Part shown: positions 52,632 through 64,000 of the stretch, one piece after another
Numbering within the stretch: the first letter of the stretch is position 1
How the letters are laid out: every line of letters begins with the position of its first letter
Source of the DNA: Cystobasidiomycetes sp. EMM_F5
Lineage: Eukaryota
DNA length: 64,000 nucleotides
Direction of reading: 5' to 3'
Assembly (NCBI GenBank): GCA_051047955.1
Contig: JBPGPT010000012.1
Coordinates: 186,001 to 250,000, forward strand
The notes under the pieces: model-generated
What the model was told of the DNA's origin: nothing
The model's database searches: none
Seen by the model: the letters and a program-made list of their open reading frames with translations, nothing else
Position numbers and translations under genes: made by a program

Positions 52632-55107
52632 CTAATCGAAGCACTGACATTGATCTGCAATGTGCGTATCATCCCCGCATGTATCCGACAGCTCCTGCTT
52701 GTCGCAATCAAAGATGAGCGGCCAGCTCCGTTCGAGCATGTGGCCAAGATATGGATTTGTTGGGCCAGTACTGCAAGGATGACATCGTCAGCTGTGGACG
52801 GATTTTACTAAGCACCAGCATACGAACTCTCCATGATAATGCCAGAAGGTGCCCTCCTTATGTATCCACGAGTCCCCATCAGCTTCGAGGATGTCATCCA
52901 GATGCCGGTACTTTGTGTATGCGTTCTGTAAGATTCGCTGCCGGGAAACCACGAATTGGGCAGCATACGCGCCAAGCTGGAGCGTGGGCGGACACAGCTT
53001 GAAGAGACAAGTATCAGTATGTATTGCACCGGTGGAATCCGCAGAAAGTCGTTCAACTCACATCTTCTCGGAAAATACCGTACAATTGGGCGTATCGAGG
53101 AAAGTCTCCGTTACCACGCATATCCTTCCCGCAATCCATTTTAATGTATGGCGCAAAATGAAGGTATCCCGTGTTCTCCCTGAAGAGCCAAAGTCGCTCT
53201 CTCGCTATCCAATCCCATGAGATGTGCTGCTGGAAGAAGAGTGTGTGGGCCGCAAAGCCTTTCCGGTGCGCGGGATGTATGCTCGTTGACTGCGATGCAG
53301 AGGCTTCCACGGACGCGTTGTAGTTCAAGAGTATATGCTGGAGGTAAGTGCCACCCTCTCGGCCCCGGTTGTCCAGGCGTATCACTTCATCCACACCAGT
53401 CTGCTCTTTGACGGCGTTGGCATCGAGGTCCGGATTTTTCAAATACAGGATGAATCGAGGATCTCGTCCTTCGATCCAAGCATAACGAAGGAGCGTCTCT
53501 CTCAGGTTACGGGTATTGTCGGGCTCGTCAGCGTAGTAGGCGATGACAATGTCCACTGTCTTGTCGGCAGGCGTACTGAAAGCATGTAATGACGGAACGT
53601 AGCCTACAGCGCCAGACAAGTATGCGCTAGTCTGTTGCGGGATGATCCAGCAGAGTAGTGGTATAAAACTGAGTGTTGCTAGGAAGCGAACCATATTGAT
53701 CGACAGGCGGGATGAGCCAGGATTGCTTTCAGACTTCGCGCCTTCGAACTCAATCACGTTACGGATTTTCAACGCCACTAGTTTTTCGCGTACTTCACGT
53801 ATGCAGAAGAGGGCGGCAAGCAGGGCGAAAGCTGAACCTACGTAGAACTGCTTTGATGAATGTCGTCCACTGCCGGGCACTATGAGTCCGCCATACATCA
53901 GCGTTAAAATGAGGCCTTTTGGTACTTGTAAAACGGCCAGAGCGACGGGCGAAGTAAAGACACGAAGTGCATTAAGAGTCGAGATTTGCTGCAAAAAGGC
54001 TAGCGGTGCATACACGAAGCCGTACTTGGCAATATACAATCCCGCCCATCGGAAACCGCCAACATGAATAGCGGCAGGAAGTGCAGTCGCCGATGTGACA
54101 AGAAAGACCAGTGGGGAATAGCCGGCAATGAGCGAGAGCGGAGTATGCGCAGCGGACGCGTGAAAACTCTGTGTTGTGAGAGCGTACAGCGCGCCATCGA
54201 AGAGTAGCAGCAAAAGCGCTTGCAAAACCCCTGTACCCGGGGCTGGGATATCTAGCATTGAGAAGGCGTATAAGGCGGGAGACGCCAAGGCCAAAGCAAG
54301 GACGGAAGCGCTCGGTAGCCTGCTTCCAAGGCTGAGAAGAGGAAGCATCAGCATAATAACTTGAGGAAGATACGTCTGTCCACATGGCGGGGTCAGTACA
54401 ACGCTTATATCTCCGCGCGCAAGCCAGACAAACGAGTATGGACTGGCTGAGGCCAGGCTGAAGGTATCTTGACTGCAGGGCGTACAGAACCATGCAATTG
54501 AAGGTGACGAAACCCAGTGGTGCAGCCTTCAGCCAATTTGTGCAGAGTCCAGACCAAGTGTCAGCCGTAAAAGCTTCGCCAATTCCGTTGTCGGCTATCG
54601 CAACGAAGACGCGCGTTCTTTTGCCCCAGGGAGTGCGGCATATCAACGAGAGTCCCACAATTACCAGCGATATGATGGCATTGCAGCTCCAAGCAAGTGC
54701 TACGCTGTTGGGCCATCTCGTTCGTTGAGCGAGGTAAATGCTGAAGGACTCGTAGACCAGGGTTGAAATAACGAACAGCAAAGCTGCTCGCACCTACATA
54801 CATTCTTGTTAGCCTTCAAGTGGGGTCCTCAGCGACAGACATATAAGTTGCCGTTGCTTACCTTGCTGGACGTCGAGGCACCGCTGGAAGTGGAAGACGC
54901 GTTATACGGTCTTGGAAGCAAGGGAGATGCAGGGTCGAGGCTCGATGAGACTTGCACGTCAGCATCTTCGTGTAATACGTCGTCTTGATACTTGGCTTCC
55001 GTGCGGGAGCTAGAAGTCTCTTTGTTGATGTCCAAAAAGTCCGCTGAAGTTGGGTCTGCGCGTAGATCGTCCATGGATATGGAAGTACGTCTGCTTGAAG
55101 CAGACAT
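52632..55107 (-). CDS. Multi-pass membrane domain fused to a DUF3431 domain (paralog A)
   Basis: About 9-10 hydrophobic segments, then VDIVIAYY, LDNRGREGGTYLQHIL..Y, TLFFQQH, AQFVVSRQRI, GHMLERSWPLIFDC and a Cys-rich end CQCFD*. Confidence 0.82.
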
Positions 55108-55379
55108 GCTGCTCAGGTCTCAGCAATGCCGTAGAATCATGGATGAGTTGTGGGAAAAGCTCTGGATATGCAAAGCAACGGCAGGAGATCCAGTGCCTGC
55201 TGACGAGTTGCAAAGCGTGCGCGTAATTGGGTATTCCTACGCGTATGGGCTAGGGAGACGCGCGTATTGACTTGCTTTGACTTGTCAGGGTAGCTTGCTC
55301 AGCGTACACGGGTGTCAACAACAGTTGTGCGTATTTACTAATGCTCAGAAACATCTAGACTACCCTTCTACTTCATCCG

Positions 55380-57774
55380 CTATCCTAAGTCTAGACACTG
55401 ACACCCTTCTGCCGTGTAATTCGCATCCGTACATGTATCGGCGATGGTCGCGTTCTCGCAATCAAAGATTATGGGCCAACTGCGCTCCAGAACGTGTCCA
55501 AGGTACGGGTTGGATGGCCCGGTACTGCGTCCGCATCAGCAGCATTCATGCACAGGAGTTTGAACATCGGCAAGCTCACTCTCCGTGATATTTCCACCAC
55601 GTCCCCTCTTGGTGGATCCAGTGTCCCGCATCTGCCTCTAGTATACTATCGAGATTATGGTATTTTGCATAGCTATTTTGGACTGTGCAATCGATGTCGG
55701 TCTTTTTAGCCAATGAAGCGACTTGTATTCCAAGCTAGACGTACGTATGCGTTCTTTCGAGACGACAAATTGAGCCGAGTAGCCTCCGAGCTGTAGTGTT
55801 GGCGGGCAGAGCTGGACGCAGCAACTGTTCAGTTAGCTCCGATCAGCATGTTGCGACACCCGAGACTTACACCTTCGCGAAACATGCCATACAATTGCGG
55901 ATAGCGCTCAAAGTTACCGTTACCCTCCAGGTCTTTCCCACAATCCATCTTGATGTAGGGCGCCAGATGCAGATAGCCTGTCTGATCGCTGAAAAGCCAC
56001 AACCTGTCTCGAGCGATCCAGTCCCAGGCAAGGTGCTCCTGCAGGAATATGGTATGATCGGCCAGTCCGCCACGGTATGCCGAGCTGGATGCAGGGTCGA
56101 TGGAAGCATTGTAGTTACGCAATATGTGTTGCAAGTAGGTGCCTGCTTCTCGACCTCTATTGTCCAATCTTATCACTTCATGAACACCAGTCGACTTTCT
56201 GATCTTCTCAGCGTCCAGTTTGTCATTCTTCAGATAGAGTATAAATCGAGGATCGCGTTGCCGGATCCAGGGATAGTACAGCAAATTGCGCGTAAGGTTA
56301 CGCGTGACCCTAGGATCCTCGTTGTAAAAGGAAATGACCACGTCGACAGTGCGCAAAGATGGTGTCAAGTCTCGCACTGACGACAACATCTGTCGAGGGT
56401 AATTGTATATGGGCGAGATAAAGCCGGACCAACCCAGTAGACAGCAAAATATGGGAAGAAACGAGGCATAGGAAGCCAATAGACTGCTTGTACCCGTCGC
56501 ACTCGAGCCTCTTGTTGGACTGGAAAGCAGCCCTCGACTGTTGCCCCAGAATCTGGCTGCGTGCAGCCTCGCTCGTACCGGCGGCATGCCTAATGCCAGT
56601 CCAGCACATAATAGCACTATGACAAGGTTGAAATGCTCGGACGAAAGCTTAGCCGCCGGTCCAAGCGGTGACGGGCCTTGCAAAATCGATATTAGCCAAG
56701 CTTTCGGGAAATGCAGCAGAAGCAGCACAAGAGGTGAGTCCAGCTCCCGCAAAGTAGTTTTAAGAGTTGTGTCCTTGAAGAAAGCGGACAGACAGTACAT
56801 CAGAGGGTAACGGATCCAGTTGTGAGGCAAGTGCGATCCTGCCCCGCATCGAATGGCGGTTGGCAGAATGAAGATAGTGGAAAGGAGGCAGATGTAGGGT
56901 GCACTATTGGAGAATGAAGTCGCAGATTGGCCCGAACGTTCACGCGTATACTTAGGATCCGTGAGTACCACAAGCCGGAGAGCCGAGGAGAGAGCGTACA
57001 GAATCGCGACAACCGCGCCATGCGCAGACACGCGAGTGCCAAACAGGATGAGAGCGAATACTGCCGGAACAGCGGGAGCGTACGCTTCGACTAGACTAGT
57101 TACGGGAGAGGATGCTGGGCTAAGAATGGATGGAATAATCACAAGGGCAGGTATATCATATAACTGAGCGGCCGTCAGTCAGTGAATGCTAATGCAGTCG
57201 AAAGGCTGTAGTCTCCAAGTGTTACGATACGTACATTAATGGCTTGGAATACATTCACTTGCAGCTGTCCTGCTTGGAGAGCGTGACACACAGCTGCGAC
57301 AAGCGTCGATGCAGTCATCAGGGCAGTATCTTGCCAATGAAGGGACTTTGAAGATAAGAGCGATGGACGAGTCGTCTCGAGGACAGGACTTGCACCATTA
57401 TTGTGGACTGATGATTTGATAGACATTCCCTTGCGATTGTATCGTTTCGACAGCCATGGCAAGCCGAGTGCGACGAGTGCAGCGAGAAAAGTGTAGAGCC
57501 ATACGACTGCGAGTACGTTCGGCCAGAAGGTCCGCTGTGCAAGCTTGACAGTGACGGTGTCATGGAAAAGACACGCTAGGATGTATCGGATACTAGCTCT
57601 TGCTTTTCTTCGAAATGACGGAGAGGTCTGACGGGTTGCACGCGTATCGTCGTACAATGAGAGCTGCGCTTTGTCGGACAACTCTGGTGCCATCACATCC
57701 CCTGCTTCTCTGCTCCCATTCCTAAGCGTGTGTACTGTCAGCCGAGGATCGTCGTCATCGTCTTGCATTCTCAT
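55380..57774 (-). CDS. Multi-pass membrane domain fused to a DUF3431 domain (paralog B)
   Basis: Same architecture as paralog A: VDVVISFY, LDNRGREAGTYLQHIL, TIFLQEH, AQFVVSKERI, GHVLERSWPIIFDC, CQCLDLG*. Confidence 0.82.
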
Positions 57775-57989
57775 TCTAGTTATTACTGCCAATGCTGCAG
57801 ATGCATGTGTCTGTCAAAGCCGCCCGTCATCCTTGCTCGCAGACGCTAGAAGATGTGCAAAGGGTCCGCATGAAATGTTAGGAATAGATTGATCGCTACA
57901 TTATTATAAGATCGTGCTAATATCGATTCAATACAAGTCGGGGTTACAAAGGCTCGTACGAATGATTGTGCTATTCAACATGCTACATG

Positions 57990-59333
57990 TCAAGAGACTT
58001 GGGGTCGTAACGTGTTCGCGGGTGGCACGGGATCCTCGTTTGGTGACTCTTGAATGACGGGTTTAGGTCGTGATGGAGGGTCTTCCACAACTTTGATGCC
58101 TCTCTTCCTGCAGGCCTTCTGTACGTGATTGTTGTACCATTTCCCGCGTTTCCCAAATCTTGCATCACCCGGTAGCACGAGCTCCTTTAGATTTTCCAGC
58201 TTTCCTCCCTGCATGATCTCGGTTAGGAATGCAGATGAAGAGATGGGTAGTTCTGGATGGTCATCTGGCTCGTCCGGCGCGCCGTATCGCGGTAGAAGGA
58301 GAGGGAGACGCAGGACCTTAACTCCGGTATGCTGTCCGACCGGACTGGGTAGGTCCGACAAGATAGAGCTCGAGTAGCCTGACACGCCGTGCAGCTCTAC
58401 GGTACGTAATTTCGACGTCGTCGCGGCCAGGATCGAACTCGCTTGTCCTGCAGGCAGCCCTGACAGCGACAGAGACAGAAGATGCTGTAGCCCAGGCGTG
58501 AAGATTCTGTCCAAAGCTTCGAATGCTTTGCTGCTAGCATTATCGTGCTCAACCAGTGATGTACCGAGGTGAATGAGCAAGTTTCGCAATGAGCCTGATG
58601 CGATTGTCGACTTGAGCACCCAGCTTAGCGTAGCGTTGTCGACCAATTTGCAGTGCGTATAGCGTAAGCTGAGGGACTTCAACTTGCAGGACGGGCTTTC
58701 TTGTAGCAAGAGCATTCCCGTTTCATCACGGGCCAGCGCACTTGAAATAGGCATGTTGTACACTTTCAGCTCGTCGAGGAGGGGACATAGCTTGAGGAGG
58801 GAGGCGACTGAGGGATAGTCGCAATTCCGCTTAGTGTAGGGAGAGGATGATAGATTGAGAGATCTGAGATTGGCTAGAGCACCCGCTGAGGACAGGAGGG
58901 TAAAGTTGATGCCGTTGCTCTCGTTGTCTTCGTCGAGGTCAGGAAACGGCAGGCAGATGAGCTCGAGCTGCCGCATAGCCGGGAAAGCGCACAGCAAGCC
59001 GACCGCTGTCTCTTTGTCTGTCACATTGGCTCGTCGTGTCTGGTATTTCCCTTGGTCTGGCCATACCAAGAGGAGCGACTGCAAGCGGAATCGAAAGGAA
59101 GGCTCGGTATCGCACAGACGGAGGATCTGCCTAGCCTTTGTGAGGGATGCGATGGGTATAAAGCGAGCGAGGTGTACGCGTGCTACGCGATTGAACTGCC
59201 GGTTGACCTGCGTCAAGGCGAGCAGGTCTTGCTGGTCCTCCCAGTAGGACCTCCCTCCGCCCAAGCTGGAGCTGCTGAAGAAGCTGAATACGGTATCGAG
59301 GATCTCATAGGTCAGGTCTTGGATGGATGGCAT
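57990..59333 (-). CDS. F-box-like protein with LRR-like repeats (intronless)
   Basis: N-terminal IQDLTYEILDTVFSF..DLLALTQVNRQFNRVA (F-box), followed by recurrent LxxLxL motifs (LRSLNL, LKSLSL, LRNLLI, LKELVL). Confidence 0.72.
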   Translation of the reverse strand: MPSIQDLTYEILDTVFSFFSSSSLGGGRSYWEDQQDLLALTQVNRQFNRVARVHLARFIPIASLTKARQILRLCDTEPSFRFRLQSLLLVWPDQGKYQTRRANVTDKETAVGLLCAFPAMRQLELICLPFPDLDEDNESNGINFTLLSSAGALANLRSLNLSSSPYTKRNCDYPSVASLLKLCPLLDELKVYNMPISSALARDETGMLLLQESPSCKLKSLSLRYTHCKLVDNATLSWVLKSTIASGSLRNLLIHLGTSLVEHDNASSKAFEALDRIFTPGLQHLLSLSLSGLPAGQASSILAATTSKLRTVELHGVSGYSSSILSDLPSPVGQHTGVKVLRLPLLLPRYGAPDEPDDHPELPISSSAFLTEIMQGGKLENLKELVLPGDARFGKRGKWYNNHVQKACRKRGIKVVEDPPSRPKPVIQESPNEDPVPPANTLRPQVS

Positions 59334-59785
59334 TGACCGGTCAGGACACAGTGGGTCCAAAGGCAAGGCGTCGCTGCAGTCGTCACCGGCATCACAATTG
59401 GCTTTCGGGACATTCAAGCAGACTGCGAGCATTCAGCCAGCATTGAATACAAAATGTAGCATTCCCAGCCTGCATTTTCCGTCAGTTTCTAATCAGAAAG
59501 CGCATCTCTTGACTTGCAAATATTATTCTTTGCCACATCCTCCACAACGCGTCCATCCAAATTTCAGGCTCACCACAACCTCGCAAATCAGCTCAATTCC
59601 AGCTCAAACTGCAGCTGGCCCACCACCTCTTGTCGAGGCAATGTTTGCATAGCTGTCTGGCTCACCGTTGCCTGTCACTCGCCTGGTCTCGGCGACAAAG
59701 GGCGGTGGGAAACGCTCGACTGCCGGCACTTGAATACTGAAAACACATGCCTACGAGGTGCCCGTCACATTCATGACAGCCTACA

Positions 59786-62114
59786 ATGGCATCCGCCTTC
59801 ACTCTACTGCCTCCGCTACCCAGGCTGGACCTGCCAGCCGCCGTGCCTCAAGACGCTCCAAAGTCGGCTCCGTCAAAATCAGATCTATTCTTCAGCACCT
59901 CGTACTCGCTCAACGCGCCAGCTGTCCAGATCCGTGCAAGTAGCGCTGGCAGGGCACCCTCGTCTGAACAGGCGTCCACCCCGCCGAGTAACCTCCTGCA
60001 ACCACCCCATCAGTTACTGCCAAGACGAGCGTCAGACTCGAGTGTGCCGTCCCGAAGTGGACTCGTCCCAGGCTCAATCTTTGCGTCTACGTCTCAGTCG
60101 GCTGGTACAGCGTCGGTAGTGGGCTCCGCAGCGTTTGCCAAGCAGTCTGGAGCGACTCCATCGTCCAGTTACTTCGCCACAGGAGCGCCGCCCTCCACAT
60201 CACGCACAAACGACAGTGCTTTGTATACGACGACCACGTCGTCCTCTTCAATTAGCTCGAAGGCTGATCAATTCGACCCTCCGACGAGGGGACGGAAGCT
60301 GAGTTCAGACTACAAAGGTAAAGGCAAGCAAGTCTACGCCCAGCATTCGCCGGCTAGGACGAGCGCGAAGCTACGAGATGATGAGCGGTATCCTTCCTAC
60401 TCATCACTGAACCAGGACGACGTTGGATCCGACACCGTTAGTGTCCTCGGAACGGTTCCGTACGATAACGAGCACGCAGTCGACGATGATGATGAATACG
60501 AAGACGATGTTGATGGCGCCTACGACTCAGATTCTAGGGTATCTCCAGATCCTTTTTCAGACGCTGATGGGCATCTCTCGCCAGCGAGTGCTGCTCTTCA
60601 ACATACCCTCGCTTCCCCTCCCTGTTCCGCTTCATCGCTAGGCCCTGGCTACAGACCATCCCGGACCGGCAGTGGTGACTTTTTTCTGCCTCTCTGTCCG
60701 CTCGAGCCTCTGCAACGGCCGCACGTTCCGCGGCATCGATATTCATCGAGTGACTGTGTCGAAACTGCTCTGAGAAGATCGAGAACAATCCGGACATCTC
60801 GCAGACGGAAAGAGCGGAGCGTATCTTTCCGAGACGACTGCGAGGTCGTCGATGTCTTTGCAGCCATCGACTATCCTGCTCGGTAAGTCGGACCTTGCGT
60901 GCGAACTGTGGAATAATGTCGCTCACAACATTCAATCTCAACCCAATCCATTCCATCGACATCCTCTACCTGTGATCATACGTCCTGATTGATGGCAATG
61001 ATATCGTTAATAAAGACGCGGACCTCCCCCAATCGAACGTTTAACTATGAGGGACGTACTCGAACTACGACAGATAAAGATCGAATTGGGCGTCTTTCAG
61101 CAACGCCAATCGAAGCAAGCACAGGACTCTGCGTCATCGTCTGATCCTCGCATTCCGGCGACAAAGGTTTCCGAACCCTGCGCGGACGCATCGTCTGTTG
61201 TTGCGTCTACTTCGGACACGTGCGTCCCGTCTGCGTTGTCGTCACCCGCCAATTCACCATCTCGGGAAACGACCTCGCTACCTGAAGTCCGTCTCACACC
61301 AACCCGATCTCTGCTGTCGAGTTACCAATTCCCTTTTGGCAACGAGGATCCGTCGGAAGTCGGTGGAGGCTCGTCGCTTGTCGAAACAATGAGCAGCACG
61401 ACATCGTCAACTGCGTCTCATTCCCATTCATCCAACCCATCGTCCAGAGATTCGTCCCCCGCTTCCTCACTCGACATGTGTGCGGATATCGCTGCTGTGA
61501 TTTGCCCGCAACAGCCAGCCGGTGGGCAAGTGGAGGTCAAGGACGACATTGAGGCAATTGATATTGCGTTGTCGACTAAAATCGACATTGATCCGCTCAG
61601 GACACCTCGTTTTGGCGATAACGTGTCCTCACCATTCGGGCATGACAAAAATGACGGACTTACCCCACATCTCCCAAACCTAGCTATTTCATCCGCCTAT
61701 TTCTCCCGTTCAGCATCGCCTTGTGGCAGCGAACCAGAACTGGGCTATTCTGCCATTGTCCCTGCCAATACAGCTGAGCTGTCCTGCGCCAACAGTACAA
61801 GCAGTAGCGGGGCATCCTCGCTTGGCACCTCCCCGCAGTCATCCACATCCGCCCCCCTGTCGCCATATATGGAACGTCACGCATCGCTTGAAAGCGATAC
61901 AGGACACCAATCATTCGTTATTGCTGCCCCTGCCAGCGATACCTTACTGATGGCGGTTCCACTGGCTGCTCTGCCTGTCAAACAGGATCAGACACTTGCA
62001 ATACCGCACAGAAAGTCTCGCAATGCAGATATATTTGGTACCTCGTTTGGGAACAGCGATAGCGTGCCATGTCCTCCACCAAGGATACGACCTGTAGAGA
62101 CAACAAATCCGTGA
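59786..62114 (+). CDS. Ser/Pro-rich disordered protein with a central Phactr/Bni4-like PP1-docking region (2 exons)
   Basis: Two long ORFs joined by a GTAAGT..AAG intron, giving RSVSFRDDCEVVDVFAAIDYPAR|RGPPPIERLTMRDVLELRQIKIEL. Confidence 0.65.
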
Positions 62115-62396
62115 ATACGTCGCCTGCTATTGAAGTATCTCAGTCGTTGCGGTTAGTTCAGTATCAATACGGAGGCTACGCTGTTGGACCGGCATGTAGC
62201 TTGTCCATGCTTATATAAACGCGTATAGTTTTAGCTTTAGCGGAATGCAGATCTTGTTGTGCAGGGACAATATATATATCGCTTGATTATGGTTATCCAG
62301 GAATGGCAGTCGCAGACCATGGACAATCGCGCACAACAACTAAATGCTACATCTTCGGTGCACACGACAGGAGAGAGAGGTGCGGTCTCGCATATG

Positions 62397-63118
62397 CTAC
62401 AGGAGGAATGTGACGGTTGAATAGCTGCCAATTACGATGACTATTCCAAGTGGTGTTAGCTGTGGCAGTATCGTGCGAGACTTTGCAACGCCAGACTTGC
62501 CTAGGGTTTGAGCAGAGACCCAGAGAAACGGGACCCAAGTCGACATGCGAAGGTAAGCCGCGTTGTATATTGCAGCTACGGCAGGGGGCGAAAAAACACA
62601 ATGTTCAGCAGCAGTGCGTTGCGACCGACAGAATGGGATCAATTCACCAAGAGCAAATCCTGACGCACATTCGTTGCACAAGTCAGAATCATTATCCGCC
62701 TTGTGAGATTGTGACCTACCAATGACGGTGGCACTAATAAAGCTGACAATACCTCCGACCAGGACAAATATTATTGGCACGATTGCTGCGTACGGGAGGT
62801 ATTTTCTACCTCGTCGTGCAAAGACGAAGAATGCCCACAGCCCGCATAAAAGAAAGGACCCGGCTGTCAGGATCATCGACCAGTATACAGTATATCTCCA
62901 TATGGCTGCGACGAGGTAGTCAGCAGCGCGGCAGCCAAGTCCGCGCACTTCAGCCCACAGCTAGGATAGTATAGGTAGTTTGGGACATTCCATGGCAGAT
63001 ACAGGCCTGGCCAGTCTGGAATCACGTAGCCGTCCGGCGGGGCGATATACAGGCCGCCGTCCACTGTCAGGGCAGCGAAGTCAGCCCTGCGTGGCCTAAA
63101 CAGCTGTTGTGCAACCAT
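62397..63118 (-). CDS. Conserved small fungal integral membrane protein (about 4 TM; start could be 63139)
   Basis: WPGLY..YLYY|IWRYTVYWSMIL..SATVIG|FAL|AAIYNAAYLRMSTWVPFLW family pattern. Confidence 0.75.
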
Positions 63119-63269
63119 CTTACATGCACCATCACTCATTAATCCACGACGTGCAGCATGTATCGGTTTGAAATTAAAGTCCGTTTCAATGTTTGAGCGC
63201 AGTTTCGAGAGTTCGCAAGTTGGAACAGGTCAACCTGGCCAAAAGCACCGCTGAAAGCGTCTGTTAAAC

Positions 63270-64000
63270 ATGGGCTACATAGCGGAACTGCAGCGTAAGA
63301 CGCTCGAAACGCTCATGGGCGCGGAAGCCATGGGCACACTACCGGCGGACTCAAAGTTCACCGACGCCAATGTGTGCCGCAACTTTCTGTGCGGGATGTG
63401 TCCCCATGACTTGTTTACCAATACGGTACGTGGAGTGCAGTTCTAGAGCGGTTCCCGCTCACTCAGACTGATTTCATTTGTGCAGAGGGAGGATCTGGGC
63501 AGATGTCCCAAGCTGCATTCAGCCAAACTCAAGGATGACTACGACAAGGCTATAGTTGCAGCGGGTGCAGGCGAAATGCAGAATGGAGAAAAGGACTCTT
63601 CAGGGTATTTGCTAAAAGACCTCGAGTCCATACGACGCGAGCATGAGCGAAACATCATCGGCTTTGTGGACGAATGCAATAGACGAATCAACAACGCCCA
63701 CAAGCGCTTGCAAAAGACACCCGAGGAGAACAACAAGACCACAATGTTGATGCGCGAGATTGGAGAGCTGCAGACAGCGTACGATGCCACGATGGAGGCC
63801 GTAGCGGAATTGGGTGAAGCAGGCAATGTCGAGCAGTCTATGGAAGAAGCAGCGAAAGCGGATGCACTGCAAGCGGAAAAGAAGAGTAAGGAAACCGAAT
63901 TACAACGCCTGACCGATACGTCCGGTGCATCTGGTCACCAAAAATTACGAGTCTGCGACATTTGCGGCGCCTATTTATCTATTCTCGATTCAGACAGACG
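63270..64000 (+). CDS. LUC7: U1 snRNP component LUC7, 3' truncated by window edge
   Basis: QRKTLETLMG, VCRNFLCGMCPHDLFTNT|..DLGRCPKLH, GASGHQKLRVCDICGAYLSILDSDR. Confidence 0.96.

Overview
Eukaryotic, intron-rich, very gene-dense fungal DNA. It has short GT-AG introns with CTRAY branch points and intergenic gaps that are often only 25-300 bp. The gene repertoire suggests a basidiomycete yeast, possibly Pucciniomycotina (inference). I reconstructed 29 protein-coding genes by manual splicing: MRPL31 (partial), SERCA-type Ca2+-ATPase, eIF1/SUI1, ZCCHC10-like zinc knuckle, YIL108W-like metallopeptidase, DUF2985 protein, peroxisomal acyl-CoA thioesterase, HAD sugar/glycerol phosphatase, PTH2, AreA/Gat1-like GATA factor, sphingoid base kinase, C2H2 transcription factor, FIST-C protein, HOS2-like HDAC, secreted chitin deacetylase, a TKL-like kinase, an orphan gene, Hva1-like protein, RIT1, NME6-like NDK, BUD6/AIP3, TMA16, Stealth/Xpt1-like phosphotransferase, a divergent Rho3-like GTPase, two tandem membrane-DUF3431 proteins, an F-box protein, a putative PP1 regulator and a small membrane protein, plus a partial LUC7 at the right edge. 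I saw no tRNA, rRNA, CRISPR array or transposon. The most interesting observations are: (1) a TKL-type kinase whose catalytic lysine appears relocated to the Gly-rich loop as in WNK kinases, with tandem SAP/HEH-like modules; (2) a possible glycan-modification cluster of a Stealth enzyme plus two multi-TM/DUF3431 fusions; (3) an eIF1 with a ~100-aa N-terminal extension and poor start context; (4) a 12-exon Rho3-like paralog with an atypical C-terminus; (5) a Phactr/Bni4-type PP1-docking protein. Family assignments come from motif recognition without database searches, and exon boundaries are manual predictions.
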